64,000 nucleotides of DNA from Lama glama (Eukaryota). The first letter of the stretch is position 1, and each line of letters opens with the position of its first letter. Below are positions 32,300-46,296 of the stretch, piece by piece. The notes below the pieces were generated by a model. The model had not been told where the DNA came from and did not search any database. It worked only from the letters and a program-made list of their open reading frames with translations. The stretch covers positions 7,690,001 to 7,754,000 of the forward strand of contig CM052816.1 in assembly GCA_028534125.1 (NCBI GenBank), written 5' to 3'. The translations under genes and the position numbers were made by a program.

Positions 32300-35200
32300 T
32301 TTTTTTTAAGCAGATTTATTAAAGTTTAATAGACAAACAATAAATCACACAGTTTGATAGCACTGGCATATGTATACACCAGTGAAACTATCACCACGAT
32401 CAAGATAATGAAAATGTCCATCATCTCCCAAAATGTCTTCTTATCCCTTGGAAATTTCTCTTCCCCTACTGGCTCTCCATCTCGTCCCCCCAGGCAACCA
32501 CTGACCTGCTTTCTGCCACTATATAGTCATTTGCATTTTCTAGAATTTGATGTAAGTAGAATCATAAAGTGCATACTCTTATTTTTACTGATTTTTTTCA
32601 CTCAGCATACTTATTTTGAATTTAATGTAATTTTCTGTGTGTATCCTTTATTTTTCATTTAAAAAATTTATTTTTGGTTAGAGGAGGTAATTAGGTATAT
32701 TTATTTGATTTTTGTCTTTTAAATGGAGGTACTGGGGATTGACCCCATGGCCTCAGGCATGCTAAGATTGTGCTCTACCACTTGAGCTCTACCCTCCCCT
32801 CTAAGAGTTCATTCCTTTCTATTGCTGAATGGTATTACATTGTATGGACAGTTTATCTAATTGTCTCTGATGGACATTTAAGTTAACTTTCAGTTTTTGG
32901 CTTTTACAAATAAAGCTGCTATGAGCATTCCTGTGCAAATGTTCACATGCACACAAGTTTTGGTTATGTATGTTGTATGCATGCATGCCTAATTCTTATT
33001 CTCTTGGATAAATATTAGGAATGGGATGGCTGGATCATATAGGTAGTGAATATTTGACCTGAGAAATTGCCTGTTTTCCAAAGGGATTGCACCATTTTAC
33101 AATTCTACTAGCTGTGTGTAAAAGTTCATTTCTCTACATCCTTGCCAGTACTTGGTAATAGTAGTTTTTAAAATTTTAGTCATTTTAGTAAGTGATTAAT
33201 GATATCTCATTGTGATTTAAATTAGCATTTCCCTGAGGACTAATGACATTGGATATCTTTTCATGTTCTCATTTGCTGTCAGTATATCTTTGGTGAAATG
33301 TCTGTTTAAATCTTTGGCTCAGTTTTTAATAGTAGTTAGAGGTAGTTAGAGGTCTTCATATATTCTGGCTGATGTTTCTTTATTAGATATATGATTTGGA
33401 AACACTTTCTCCTAGTCTGTGACTTGTCTTTTCATTCTCTTAAGTGGTATCTTTTGAAGACCAGAAGTCCAATTTATCATTTTTTTCTTTTATGGTTCAT
33501 GCTTTTCGTGTCAAGTAGGAACTATTTGCTTAATCCTAAGTCACATAGGATTTCTCCTACATTTTATTCTGGGAGTTTTATAGTTTCAGATTTTATATTT
33601 AGGGCTATGATCCACTTTGAGTTAATTTCTTTGTATATATTACAAAGAATGGATTGAGATTCTGTTTAAAACATAGATATCCCATTATTCCAGCACTGTT
33701 TTTTGAAAAGGCTATTCTTTTCCCAACAGAATTGCTTTTGTTGTCATTATATTAGTTGGCTGTATTTCTGAACTATGTGCTCTGTTTCATTTATCCATTT
33801 TTTTAGTCTTTACACCAATACCACACTCTCTTATTATTGTAATGTGTGTATAGTAAGTCTTGAGATTAGGTAGTGTTAAGCCTCAAACTTTTTTTTTTTT
33901 TTGCAAAGTTGCTTTGGCAATTCTTGGTTCTTTTCCCTTTTATATGAATATAAAACTGTCCTTTGCATATAGGGACAGTTTTATTTCTTTCCCTGTCAGT
34001 TTCTTCTCCAAAGTTTGCTGCAGTTTTGAATGGATTGCACTGAACCTGTAAATCAATTTGCAGAATTTGACATAGTAATAGTGATGAGGCTCCGAAACCT
34101 GAACATGACATAGCTCCTTTTATTTAAGTCTTCTTTCATTTCTATTAGCATCATTCTATAGTTTTCAGTGTACAGGTGTTTCACATCTTTTGTCAGATTT
34201 GCCCCCAAACCTTTTGTATTTAAAAATTCTACTGAAGATGTTTTAAATTTTAATTTCTAATTATTTATTAATAGTATATGGAAGTACAACTAATTATTGT
34301 ATATTGATCTAGTATACTTCAACTTTCCTAAGCTTACTAATTAGTTCTAGTACTTTTTTTTTGTAGAATACCTTGGATTTTTCTATATAGATCATGTTAT
34401 CTACAAATGAATATGATTTTTTTCCTTTCCAAACCAGGCATTTTAAATTTCTTTATTTTTTTAACCTTATTGCACTATGTAGAACCTCCAATACAATGTT
34501 GAATAGAAGTTGTCTGAGTAATTCCTTCCACCTTATTCTTCATTGTTAGATTGTTTTAGCTATTCTAGGGCCTGTTCCTTTCCATGTAAATTTTAAAATA
34601 GTTTTGTCTAAGTCTACAAAAAAAAAACTTGCTGTAATTTTTAAAAGAAATTTAAAGCTAGAGATCAACTTGAAGACAATTTAAATCTATATTATTTATA
34701 GTCTTCAAATCTGTGACCATGGTCTGTCTCTCCAATTATTTGATTTCTTTCAATGGCATTTAGTAGTTTTCTTCTTAAAGATCCTACATGTTTTGATAAG
34801 TGTAAGCCTGCAGTTTCTTTGGAGTGACTAAAAATGGTTTTATGTTTTTATTTCCATTTCCATGTTTTTAGTAGTAGTATATAGAATATGATTGATTTTT
34901 GTGTTGATCATGTATTCTGTTATTTGCTGAACTCAGTTGTTAGTTTTAGGCATAATTTTGGTAAATGCCTTTGGATTTCCTACATAGACAATCATTCATG
35001 TTATTTGCATGTGGGAACAGCTTTCTTTCCTTTTTGATCTATATGCTTCTAATTTTGCTTTTTTCTATTTTTATCTTATGTATTTTTTATTGAAGTGTTG
35101 TTGATTTACAGTGTTGTGATAACCTTACTTTCTTGTGTTATTTTAGTGGGTAGAATTTCCAGTACTATGTTAATTTCTAGTGGTGAAAGCAAACATCATG

Positions 35201-36620
35201 GTCTTGTTCCTGACCTAAGAGACGAATTGTTCAGTCTGTCTTCATTAAGTATTATATTTTCTGTGTGGGTTTTTTTTTTTTTGAGATGGTCTTTATCATA
35301 ATGAGGAATTCCTCTCTGTACTATTTTGCTGAGAGTTTTATTCATGCATGAGTGTTGGATTTTTGTCAAATGTCTATTCTTTGTCAATTGATATGGTCAT
35401 ACACTTTTTCTTTCTATCTTGTTGGCTCATAGGTTAACTGATTAATTTTTAATTTTGAGCCAGCTATGAGTACTTGGAATACATTTCACTTGGTCATAGT
35501 GTATAATTCTTTTAATAGATTGTTAGATTTGGTTTGCTAATATTTTGTTGAGGGTTTTTCTGTGTAAGTTCATGGGTGACAATGGTCTGCAGTTTTGATT
35601 CATTGTACTATTTTGGTAATAATTTCCCTATAAACTAATTGGGGAAATATTCCCTTCTCTTCTATTTTCTGAAAGACATTGTGTAAAATCAATGTTAATT
35701 CTTTAAATTTTGGTAGGCATCACCAGTGAAATCATCTTTTCTTTTTTGCAAGGTCTTTAAGAATCAGCTTTTTACATAGTTATAGGACTCTGCAGATGAG
35801 TCCTTTTTCATCTTGGTTGAGTTTTGGTGTTTGAAGAAATGGTTCATTTTTCTACCTTGTCAAATTTATGAGGCTAAAGTTGTTCATAATATTCTCATAT
35901 TATCCTTTTAATGACTATAAAATCTATATTAATTTGTTACTATTCAGCTCTACAATTTCCAACATCTTTTTTCATTCTGATCTGTTTTTTTTTCCTTTGA
36001 TTGACTTTGCTCTTCATTATGAGTATCATTCTCCAGTTTCTATAATAATAGATTTATTATTGTTATAATAGGTCAGGAACAAGACATGATAATTCTTGAT
36101 TTGATGGCAGATGTAAATTTTACCTTGTGGGCGCTAAATACTTTTGTGTTCCAATAAATATTTTTGAAGCCTTTTTCTGTAGTTCAGTTAAGTTACTTGG
36201 AAACAGTTGTTAGGCGGCACCAGAGCGAGATTTAAATGTAGAGCTAATAATTTCCCACTATTGAGGCAAGGCCCTTCTGTGTATTCTTCCCAATGCCCCA
36301 TGAATTGTAGTGTTCCAGTCTGGCTGGTGGGAGCAGGCATTAATCTTGGCTTTTTGTGAGCTCATTACTGTTTCCTCCTTCCTTTCTGGTGTCTTTTTTC
36401 CCAGACTCTGCTTTTCCTTACATACATGCACTGACCATTACTCAGCTGAATATCTGAAGTGGACCCTCTGCAAGTCTCTGGAGCTGTCTTTCTGTGCAGT
36501 GTTCTCCTCTTTGGTCCTCTGCTCTCTGAATATAGCTGCCTTGGTCTCTCTGTACTGTTAGTTCTTTCTCTTCCACTGTGGAAGTCTGCTGGCTCCTGCA
36601 TGGGTTCCCTTTTGCTGTGT
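32300..36620 (-). mobile_element. Large antisense L1M mosaic (3'UTR, ORF2 and 5' fragments)
   Basis: Antisense L1 motifs throughout. Degenerate ORF2 peptides in ORFs 35196-35387 (KIQHSCMNKTL...NIILNEDRL...LRSGTR) and 33866-34111. Confidence 0.8.
32655..32801 (-). mobile_element. tRNA-derived SINE (vic-1-like), more diverged copy
   Basis: 'ggaggtactggggattgaccccatggcc...gagctctaccctcccctc' with the same 'gtaattagg' tail motif as the other copies. Confidence 0.85.
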
Positions 36621-36679
36621 TAGGTAAAAAGGATTAGGTATTCTCCCTATCCCTTCTATCTTATTTCCTTTCTGCCTCG

Positions 36680-37235
36680 GGTAGAAAGTATCTAAGATAG
36701 CTACCAGTGATTCCCACCTTCTGGTATTCGTGGCCTTTTGTAATAATGCCCTCTGCATAGAAGCAGCTTCTAATCAATAGAATATGGTAAAATTGAGGGG
36801 ATGTCACATATGTCACAAGGTTATGAAAGACTGTGACTTCCGTCTTGCCTACAGACTCTTCCTCTTGTCTCCTTAAATAAGCAAGTTGCAAATTGAAGAG
36901 TCCTATGTGGCAAAGTACTGTGGGTGGCTTCCATCTAAAAACCAGCAAGGACACAAATGCCCTCAGTTCAGCATTCCTTGAGGCACTGAATTCTGCTAAC
37001 AATCATGTAATTGAGCTTGCAAGTGAGTATTTCCCCATTTGTATCTTCAGATGAGAGAGACTGCAGCCTGGGCCAATACCTTGATTATAGATTTGTGGAA
37101 GACCCTGAAGCAGAGGACCCAGATAATCCATGTCCAGATTCCTGACCCACAGAAAGTGTGGAACAATAGATGTGTGCTGTTTTAAGCCACTAAATTTCGG
37201 GGTAAGTTGCCACTTTTCAATAGATAACTAATAGT
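36680..37235. mobile_element. MaLR LTR (MLT1-type)
   Basis: 'gattcctgacccacagaaagtgtgg...tgctgttttaagccactaaatttcggggtaagttg...tagataactaata' is the MLT1 end. Confidence 0.8.
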
Positions 37236-37312
37236 ACCTTTTGGAGATTATATTTTATTTGATGGCTTATGCTTCCATCATTTGCTTTTTATTTTTATGG
37301 TAAGCATATATA

Positions 37313-37883
37313 CAGTTGATATTTATTATTCACAGATACTGTATCTGCAAATTCACCTACTTACTAAAATGTATTTCTAACCCCAAAATCAATGCTCACA
37401 GTGCTTTTGCAGTCATTAACAGACACGTGCAGAGCAGCAAAAAATTTGACTTGCCCCTTGCACACATTCCCAGCTGAGGTTAAACAAGGGGATGCTTGGC
37501 CTTGTTCCAGCTCTCATACAGAGATGACTAGAGGATGGAGACGGTAGGGGCAGTGCAGCGTAGTGCAAGGAACTCCAGCTCTGAGGCCAGTTGGACAGGT
37601 TTTAAATCTAACTCTGGCCCTAGTTGTTGGAGTGACCCCAGGCAAATCACTTAACTCTTCTGAAGCTTGTTTTTTCTTTTGTAAAGAAAAAAAAAAAAAA
37701 GGAATCCACCAAGATGAGTTGTTTTTAAGATTATAATCTTCAGTTACACAAAGCTGTAACTGAAGATTATAATGTATTTTGTTTTTATTCATTTCCCTTT
37801 GGAGAAATTGTTCAGTATTCACTAATTATGTGTTTGCAGCAACTTAATAGAACATAGCTACCATGGATAACAAGAATTAACAG
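37313..37883. mobile_element. Tigger-like (TcMar) DNA transposon remnant with an internal MIR-like segment
   Basis: TA-flanked imperfect TIRs (ta|cagttgatatttattattcacag ... ccatggataacaagaattaacag|ta) and Tigger-like subterminal sequence. Confidence 0.6.
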
Positions 37884-38264
37884 TATACATATTCATTTTT
37901 ACATTTTTAAAAACTAAATGGTAACAGCAAACTATTTTCATTTTTTCCCTACTTTTTTTTTCCTCATATAACATTATATCCTAAAGTTACCTCCATATGA
38001 GTGTGTAGAGTCATTTCTCTCTGTCTCTCTCTTATAGCTGAATAATACTGTTTCATGTGTATACCGTAATGTAAACCAACAAGACCTCTGTTAGTAGATA
38101 TTCAGGTTGACTGCTGTCTTTTGGTATTAAAAATAGTACTGCAATAAGTAACCTGTATATATGTATATGTGTGTGTGTGTGTGTGTATTTTTTTCCCCCG
38201 TGTATCTCTGAGCTATATTCGTGGAAGTGGAATTTCTGAATTAAAGGGCAAAAGCTTATATGTA

Positions 38265-38855
38265 GTGTTGTAGTTTTAGAGATATGTCCATACGTTCTTT
38301 GATAATCCTCCTGTTAAGAAGTGAAACTTATTTCCTATCCCTTTGATTGTGGGTATCCTTAGCGACTCACTTGTAGCAAATATAGAAATAATGAGATGTC
38401 ATTTCCAATTTAGGGTATAAGAAGACTGTGGCTTCCATCTTAAGTGTACTCTCTCACTCTCTTTCCCTTGACTCACTTGGTCTGGACAGAAGCCAGCTAC
38501 CATACTATGAGGCAGGCTTGGGAGAGGGAAGACCCCTACTATGACATGAAGATAATCACGTAGCCTAAGGAAGTGTCCCCATGGAGAGGAACTAAGCTTG
38601 AAATTGAAATTCTGAGGCTTGTCATCAGCCACTTACTGAGTTTAGAAGCGTAACCTCCTCCATTTGAGCCTTGAAATAACTGCAGTCCTGGCTGACAGCT
38701 TGACTGCAACCTCATGAGAGACGAGACCTGAACCACCCTGCTAAACTATTCCTAGATTCTTAATTCCCAGAAATTATGAATAAAATAATTACATTTATGC
38801 TTTCAAACTGCTAAATTTCAGGTAATCTGTTATAAAGCAACAGATAGCAAATACA
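38265..38855. mobile_element. MaLR LTR (MLT1-type)
   Basis: 'tgcagtcctggctgacagcttgactgcaacctcatgagagac...atagcaaataca'. Confidence 0.75.
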
Positions 38856-39309
38856 GGTAGTTTTGCTACCTGTTGCCCAATCTCCTATATAAGGGCTATA
38901 CCATGTTTCTGTCCCATTAGTAATATATGAAAAGTTCCAGATTCCCATGGCCTTACTAACACTATGTATTTCTAAACTTAGAATCCTTTTTTTTTTAACA
39001 AGCTAATAGATGGAAAATAGTACCTTACCATGACTTTAATTTTTCTTTCATTATGAAAGAGGCTTCCTCTCCCTTCAACTTCTTTTTAAATGAAATATTA
39101 GCTTGTGCTTCTCATCAGTCTTAGGATAAAGAACTAATGTTTTCACAATTTCTGCCTGGTTCTCCATGATTTGGCCCTTTCCCATATCAACTTCCACTGG
39201 CATCATTGCTTGAGGATTCTGAATTAATCATTACCATACCCTTAGTGTGTAATACAGTGAGTGACTACACTGTCTTAAGCACAAGACATGCAATAAAGAT
39301 TGATGTAAC

Positions 39310-39724
39310 TGTGGAAGTTTAAACTGGAGTGATGATAGTTGCCCATTCTTACCCTTATCTTTGTCTTGACCAAATGTTAAGCCTCTTTCCTCCCCACATA
39401 CCCTAAATTTTGGCTTGCCCCCAAGTTTAAACATACACTAAAGGACTAAGGATATGCAGAACATCCTCCCTCAACAGGGTTTTCTCAGAATCTGAGGGCC
39501 GTAGAAACATTTCCTGTTGAAGTGCCCTGGTTTTGCCACTTGCACACCTCCACCTCTTGAAAGTACCTGTTAACTCTTCTTACCCCTCCCTATTAAATAA
39601 AAAGCCTTTTTCTGTTTGATTCTGTGCGATGCTCGCAGATTTCTGAGATTAGTGCATTCTCCCTATTGCAGTCTTTCTGAATAAAATCTCTTCATATCTA
39701 AATCCAGATGTTCTTTTATTTGCA
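39310..39724 (+). mobile_element. Probable ERV1-type solo LTR ~1 kb upstream of the ZNF300 promoter
   Basis: TATA-like 'tattaaataaaaagcc', then 'ccctattgca...tgaataaaatctc' and a T-rich U5 ending in tgca. The 5' end is uncertain. Confidence 0.55.
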
Positions 39725-40619
39725 CGGGAGACATAACTGCTAATATAAAATTGATGCTCATTTAATTACACACAAGCCAAAAATAAATCATGGGTCTTGT
39801 AAAATCTGTGATGATTCAAAATTGCATCTTTTCATGCACATGAAGATCAGTTTGTTAGTGTGCATTTTAAAAAAAAGTGTAAAAGGTTGATGTAAGGTAA
39901 AGGTTATGTTAACAAGTGTTGTAATTGTTCATTTTTTTAAGCAAGCGATCTTTTTTCCTGAAACCTCTTAACTACCTCACTCTCGTCCTCTCCTTTTCTC
40001 CTTCTGTTGTTTTGGTGTCCTCTGTCTCAGCCTGCCTCAGAGTCTCCCGTGTTGTGTCCTGTCCCGTAGCTTCCCACTTTTGTTTCTGTACTTCCATTTT
40101 TCACCTTTCAGTCTCTCATCTCTCTTCCTACACAGGCCTCTCCTCTGCCCCCATTATCTTTCTCCTAGTCTCTGATTCTCTGCATCTCCGCTTCCCTGTC
40201 TCTCAGTTTTACTTTTTTTCTTCAGTCCGCCTCTGCAGCTTGCTACTCAGTAGTAATTTCCCCTACAGAATTCCTTATAACTGTTTTTTGCGTAAAGTTC
40301 ATCATTATTGTGGATTCTCGCATCTCTTTGCCCCCTCTTCCCCACAGTGGAAGCTCCCGGGAGAGGACCATACTATTTCGTGTTTCCACCTGTCTCGGCA
40401 AGTAGAATCTCCCGATATAGGGCTGTACCTTTTACACTTTTAAGTGAAGTCGCCAGTGAGACTATTTTACCACTTCATATTCTTGCTCTTTCATCAAGTG
40501 CAGTTTTCTAATAGATGACGTTATCTGTCAAATTTCCTGCCCAATCCTCCTGTAAAAGTCTTTCTGCAAAATTTTACACGTTACTGGTTTGTATAATCCT
40601 CCTTTTTGTCACCTTTCCC

Positions 40620-40900
40620 CCACCCCGCTGCCACAGTGGTACAGCCCAGCCTCGGGTTTAGCGTAAACTTGGCTCCTCCGCTTGTACGGAACTGGCCGGC
40701 CTCTCAAGATGGCGGCCCCCTGGGAGGCACAGCGCACGGGGGCAGCCATATTGCCTCCTGAACAAAGCACCGGAGGATGCGGAGTGGGCAAAACCGTCCG
40801 GTAGGCCTGGGAGCGCCGCGCTTTGCTCACCCAGACAGGAAGCGGGAGAGTTCGCCACTATGGATGTGACAGCCGTCCTGGGTTAAGCTGCGACGGGCGT
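40620..40900 (+). promoter_or_regulatory. ZNF300: ZNF300 CpG promoter and probable non-coding exon 1 (donor ccg|gtaggc at 40800/40801)
   Basis: Local CpG cluster, YY1 motif CAAGATGGCGGC at 40705-40716, plausible 5' splice site, upstream of the coding exons. Confidence 0.7.
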
Positions 40901-41684
40901 TTCTGGATCTGGATTTGATAAATGAACTGCAGGTCAGAGGGCGGAAATGTGTGGTGATGAATGAGTCTTTCGGATTGTAATGGAACGAGAGGGGTCCGTG
41001 AGTGTCATTGATTGGATGTTTATGAAGTTCCTGGCGGGGGGGAAGGTATGTGGGAATAGGGTTGGGTTTATTTGAGAGTCAGAGATTGGGTGAGCTGTGA
41101 GATTAGTAACTGGATAATGTGTCAGTGACGGGGTTGTCTGTGGGATCAGAAATGGCATGAAGGGGAACTGACTGGTGGAGATGACTGTGTCGGGGATTTA
41201 TGAGACTCTGAGGAATCAGTGATTGGTGAGGGGGGCTGTGGACTAAATGACGGGACATCCATGTGATTGTCAGTGATGTGGTGAGCTTGGGGGAGTTCTG
41301 AGGGATGTATGATGGGTAGGCCGAGGATGCAGAGGTTTGGAGGGAGCAGTAGTGGGATCAGGGTGTCATGCTGATCAGCCCTAATTTTTTTTAACATACA
41401 TTACATTTACACAGGTAATAAATAGGCAGCCTTATAGGTCAAATCCCTCCTCAATCCACCATTATGCCCCTAGCCTGGTGCCCTCTCCTCCACAAAAATG
41501 ATAATTTTGAAACAAGACCAAACAAATCAAAAAAGATAGGATTATGATGAAAAGTGTAATTTTAGTCCCTCTTCCTTCTAAGTTTATTGAAATCATTTTA
41601 TATTTTATTCAAAAAACATTTATTGAGCAACTGCTGGGTGTTCAGAGATGAGTATGACTATTTTTCCTGATTGTTTCCTTCCAG

Positions 41685-41811
41685 ATCTAATTTGACATAG
41701 CTTGGAATACCCCATATAAAACAGCCTCCGTGGCGTGGGAGCACTCACTTCCTCTGAACAAGTTCAGTCATGTCTGCATGACTCCTTCTGGGACTGAGAA
41801 AGATTTACCAG
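41685..41811 (+). other. ZNF300: Probable 5' exon 2 of ZNF300
   Basis: Polypyrimidine acceptor 'ttgtttccttccag|' and donor 'ccag|gtatgt'. Confidence 0.55.
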
Positions 41812-42538
41812 GTATGTACCTTCCTGCATTACGGTATATTCCCTTGTTGGTATCAATGGTTCCAACATATCTCTACTTTTATATGCATTTGACCATACTG
41901 TTGAAAATCAGCAATAAAAATTTAAACATAAAATATCTTAAAATTAACAATTTGGTCCATGAAAATTGATTGGTAGGAAAGTTTGCTTTTGCTCTGTTTG
42001 CTAAGAAAGAGGGGAAAATACAAGAGCTCTTGGGAGATTATCAGAATTCAGCTGCTGATTCTTTTTGGGGAACAAAGTAATAATACATTCCTCAGTTTTC
42101 CATTTGGTCATTGGCCATTCTTATTGCTTGGGAACTTTATCTTTTTATATATCTATCTGTTCATGTTTATTGCCTTATGAAAACATCGGAATGGATTTGC
42201 TGGTTCATAGAGGGGGAAAATAAGTTGTCAATAAATCAATATGAAACATATCTTCACATCTATACAATTAAAAAACTTCGTCCAGGTTCCATGTGATCAT
42301 CGTATGTAGTCACGAGAGGACTTCCTTCACTTGACACTTGCTGATCCTCTGTAAGGACCACACAATCTTCTCCCACAGGTTGGCCTATCATCTACCTGAA
42401 TTCTGTGGTAGTTGTTTCTACGCTGGTGAACATGGAAGCTGCAGTCTGGATCTGGTCTGTGAAAACATCCTTCTGATTGCCAGAATTTTGAAAAATTTTG
42501 TTTTTTCAGGCATCTGCCCTTTTAGAAGAGAGCAGAAA

Positions 42539-42553
42539 ATGATGAAGTCCCAC
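42539..42553 (+). CDS. ZNF300: ZNF300 start exon, coding part (MMKSH); exon 42510-42553
   Basis: ttttttcag| acceptor, then AAA ATG ATG AAG TCC CAC|gtgagt; matches the recalled human start MMKSQ. Confidence 0.85.
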
Positions 42554-43016
42554 GTGAGTTGCTTTGAGTTTTAATTTTTAAAATTTCCCTTTTTGGTTTT
42601 CCAAACAATCAAGTGGAAAAGAGAAGACAGTTAAAATTTGGATCAGGGAAAAGGTAGCCAAAGTAAATATCCAGACCTAGAAAGAGTTGCTAGGTGATAT
42701 GTAGATAAACCATTTTTAAAAATTGGTGTACCAATTTTTCTTATCTTTCTTGCAGGTGTCATCAGTTACAGGATTTGTAGTGCTCTAAAGAGAAGCAGAT
42801 AGATTTCCCACGGGAAGACGTTATTTCTTTCCATATAAGACTAGAACAGATTTCCTTTTGGGGTCTTTCTCTAGGTGATAGAGTCCACAGTGTTCTCACT
42901 AACACTTCTGTAGTAAATGCAATAATAAATTTCTTGTAGCTGTATCCATAAAGTGATTTCTTTTAGAGGGAGGTTATCATAATGTCATAGCCAAACTCTT
43001 TAAACTTTATCCTTTA

Positions 43017-43224
43017 TGGCTGGAGTCATCAAACTGTTGCCTGTGGGCCAAGTTCAGTTCTCCAGATGTTTTTATAAATGAAGTTTTATTGGCAGTACAG
43101 CCATGTCGTTTGTTTACATATTGTCTGTGACTTTTTTTGTGCTACAAGGGCAGACTTGGGTAAGTACCATATGGCCTGCAATGCTGAAAATATATACTTT
43201 ACTGAAAATGTCTGTTGACCTCTG
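43017..43224. mobile_element. hAT MITE (MER58A-like)
   Basis: 'caaactgttgcctgtgggccaa...aagttttattggcagtacagccatg...tggcctgcaatgctgaaaatat...gacctctg'. Confidence 0.7.
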
Positions 43225-44142
43225 CTTTAAAGGACTAGATTGATTATAGAGGCTTCTTATTGTCCAACTTTATCCACTGATAAAATCTGGATAATGGGTA
43301 CATTTTGAATGGTCTTCCAAAATATATATTTCTCTCAAAAGGCAGTTCTTAAAATATAATTATTTGACAAAACTTTGGAGAGTAAGTGTCCCTGCTGCTC
43401 TGTACCCTTTACTATGGTTTCAAAGTTTGTAGGATTACTGCCCAACTTGAGGCCAGTTTCTTCTCTGCATTTCTGTTTTTAAAAGTCTATTTTTTTCTCC
43501 CTGCCTATGTTCACTATTTATATGGTATAAAGATTTTAACCAAATAAAAAGATAAAAATTTAAAAACTGAGAGACCTTTTAAGTCCAGCTCTTTTCCTCT
43601 GAGATGATTAGTGTTAACCATTTGTCTCTAACCTTCCAAACCTTTTTCACTGTGAGTATAACTGTGATTAAGTGTGTATATGTGGTAGTACAAAGGGTGT
43701 ACTTTATTTTCTCATCCTTTTCTTTTGAGAAAATAATGTTACAGTTTTGTCTTGCAACTTGATTTTTAATTTTACTGTCTAGTACAAAGGTTTTTGTATA
43801 CATTTTGACTATCTTCCCATGTCAGTACATAGAATTCTCCTTTATTGTTTTAGCAGATGCGTAATATATCCTTGTGGCCCAGTTGAGTGAGGTGGTTTCC
43901 TCATCTTAAAATGGAGATTATAATCCTCATAGGGTTGTTGTGAGGATTAAGTGAGTAAAAACCATGCTTAGAACTGTAACTGGGGATGATTTATCTTATA
44001 TTTAAGTATTAGCTATTATTATTATTATATGAAAATTATTATTGTCAAATCTTGGAGTTCTTCGGTATATTTTACAGTAGAACTTAGCAGAGTTCTGTTG
44101 TAAAAAGGCAGATTTTTTTCCTTCTTTGGGTCTTAGTAGCTT

Positions 44143-44430
44143 TAGAGTTGTGCTGTCCAATACAAAGCCACCAGCCACATGTGGTTATTGAGCACTTGAA
44201 ATTGGTTGGTCTGAATTAAAGTGTGCTGTAAGTATAAAGTACATACTGGATTTTAAAGATTTAATTCCCAGAAGCTCCTTAACAATTTTTAAAGATTGAT
44301 CACATATTAAGGTGATATTTTGGATGTATTAAGATAAATATATATTATTGAAAAAATAATTTTTTGAACATTGCTACTCAAAAATTTAAAATTGCTTATT
44401 TGATTGACTATATTTCTATTAGAGCTGCTT
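44143..44430. mobile_element. hAT MITE (MER3/MER33-like)
   Basis: 'gtgctgtccaata...gccaccagccacatgtggttattgagcacttgaaat'. Confidence 0.7.
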
Positions 44431-46296
44431 TAAAGAATGAAAATGGATTTTTTATTAGCCCAATAAATCCAACTGTCATGGCCAATTAACTGATTATATG
44501 CTCGTTCCTTCAGGAAGAAGGATTTAAATTTTTTCCTTATGGTGCAGTAGTGCAGTTGTCATTTTCAGACCTGTCTATCCTACCTTTCTTCCTGTAACAC
44601 CTGCTGACTGCCCGTCCATCTCCTCCATCTCTTCCATTTTCCCATTCACCCAAGTTGTACAAATTGCTTGTAGCAGATACAAAAGTACAATCTTCCACTG
44701 ATTATGTACTGCATTTTACTCAAAATTAATAACAATTATACATATTTAGTATATTAAAGTATTCTAATATCATTGTTAAAGCAAAAGCAGAATGTTAGCA
44801 TTATGTCTTTTTTCCTACCAGAATAGCTTTCCTCTACATTCTACATTTATTATCTTTCTTGTGTTACTGTTCTTTAGACAACAGGAATATTATTGACTAG
44901 TTCAGAAAACTGTTGTTAACCAAACATGAACTTTATTTTCCCCTTTATAATTTTCATTCATTCCCTTTTAGCAAACATTTCTTGACTACCAAATATATGT
45001 GATAGGCACTGGCTAGCTGTGGGATATCTCAAGATTTAGGCATGGTGCGTTACTGAAAAGAATGAATAGAAAAATGGGGTAAACAGATGTGTAAACTAAC
45101 ATTAACACATTAAAGTTCTGTAATAGGGATGGGGAGCCAGCAGAGAATGGGGAGCAAACAGCTTTATAAGGAAGTTGAGAACAGGCAGCTTAAAAGATTA
45201 GTGAACTTCTGATCATGTAGGGGAGTAGGATGAGGGTGGAAAACAGCATTTGCAAAAGTAGAAAAGGCTGAAAATTTGAGGAGAACCAAAGTGAAGGGTG
45301 TTTCATGGAAAGTTTGACCAAAGGTGGTATTAAGGCAATAAAATATGGAGGATCTTGTTTACAATATCAAGGAAAGCATTGTGTACAGTGGTCAAGAACA
45401 CAAGCTACGAGTCAGAATACCTGCTTTTAAATCTGACAGTTAGTTAATTAGTCATATATTCAGTGTGTAACCTCTGGCAAGAAGTTACTTAACCACTGTA
45501 ATATCCTCAGTTTTCTCATATGTAAAGTAGTTTGATATGAGAACAAAGTAAATGCTTATTTAGCAGCTTGATGATGTGAATAGGAGACTTGGTGTGGGAT
45601 GAGAGAAACCCTAAGACTGAGATGAAACCAGATATATGTGCAAGGGTGGAACCAAAAGAGTCTTTTAGGTTGGGGAATGTTGATCTTTCAAACAATATTT
45701 TCTTTCTGAAAGCAATATTTGATAATAAGGGGATTACTAGGAAAAAACCTCAAAAATAGTTTAAAATAATAACAAATCACTAAGATTCCACTATTAGGTG
45801 ACAACTCTTATGAATGTAATGGTGACATGATTAAAATAGTCAGTTTACCCTCCAGAAACATCATATGGCTCTACAGTTGTACCCAAATCCTTTACTTCAA
45901 TGTCACATTGATAATTTGTCGTGGTTTTTTCATGAATGTTTCCTATATATTTCTTGTTGTGTTTTTCAACATTGCTGTTATAATTGATGTATCTCATTAT
46001 ATTCTTAGCTATTGCATATATATAGAACTGTTAGATTTAGGGGAAGCTAAGATTTTTTACCTATGAAATAAGGCAATTGGATTATAATCTTCAAGAACTC
46101 TGACATTCTCTGATTCTCTAAAAGTGGCTTTTCTTTTTTTTTAATGTTATACTTTAAAAAGCCTTCTTTATAATTATTAATAAAAATCCTCCCAGGTGTT
46201 GTTTTGTTATTTTATAGTTTTGGGTATTTTTAGAGTTTAAATTTTTGCTCAATCCAGAATATATTTTTTCTATTTTTCCAAAACATAAGATATTAT

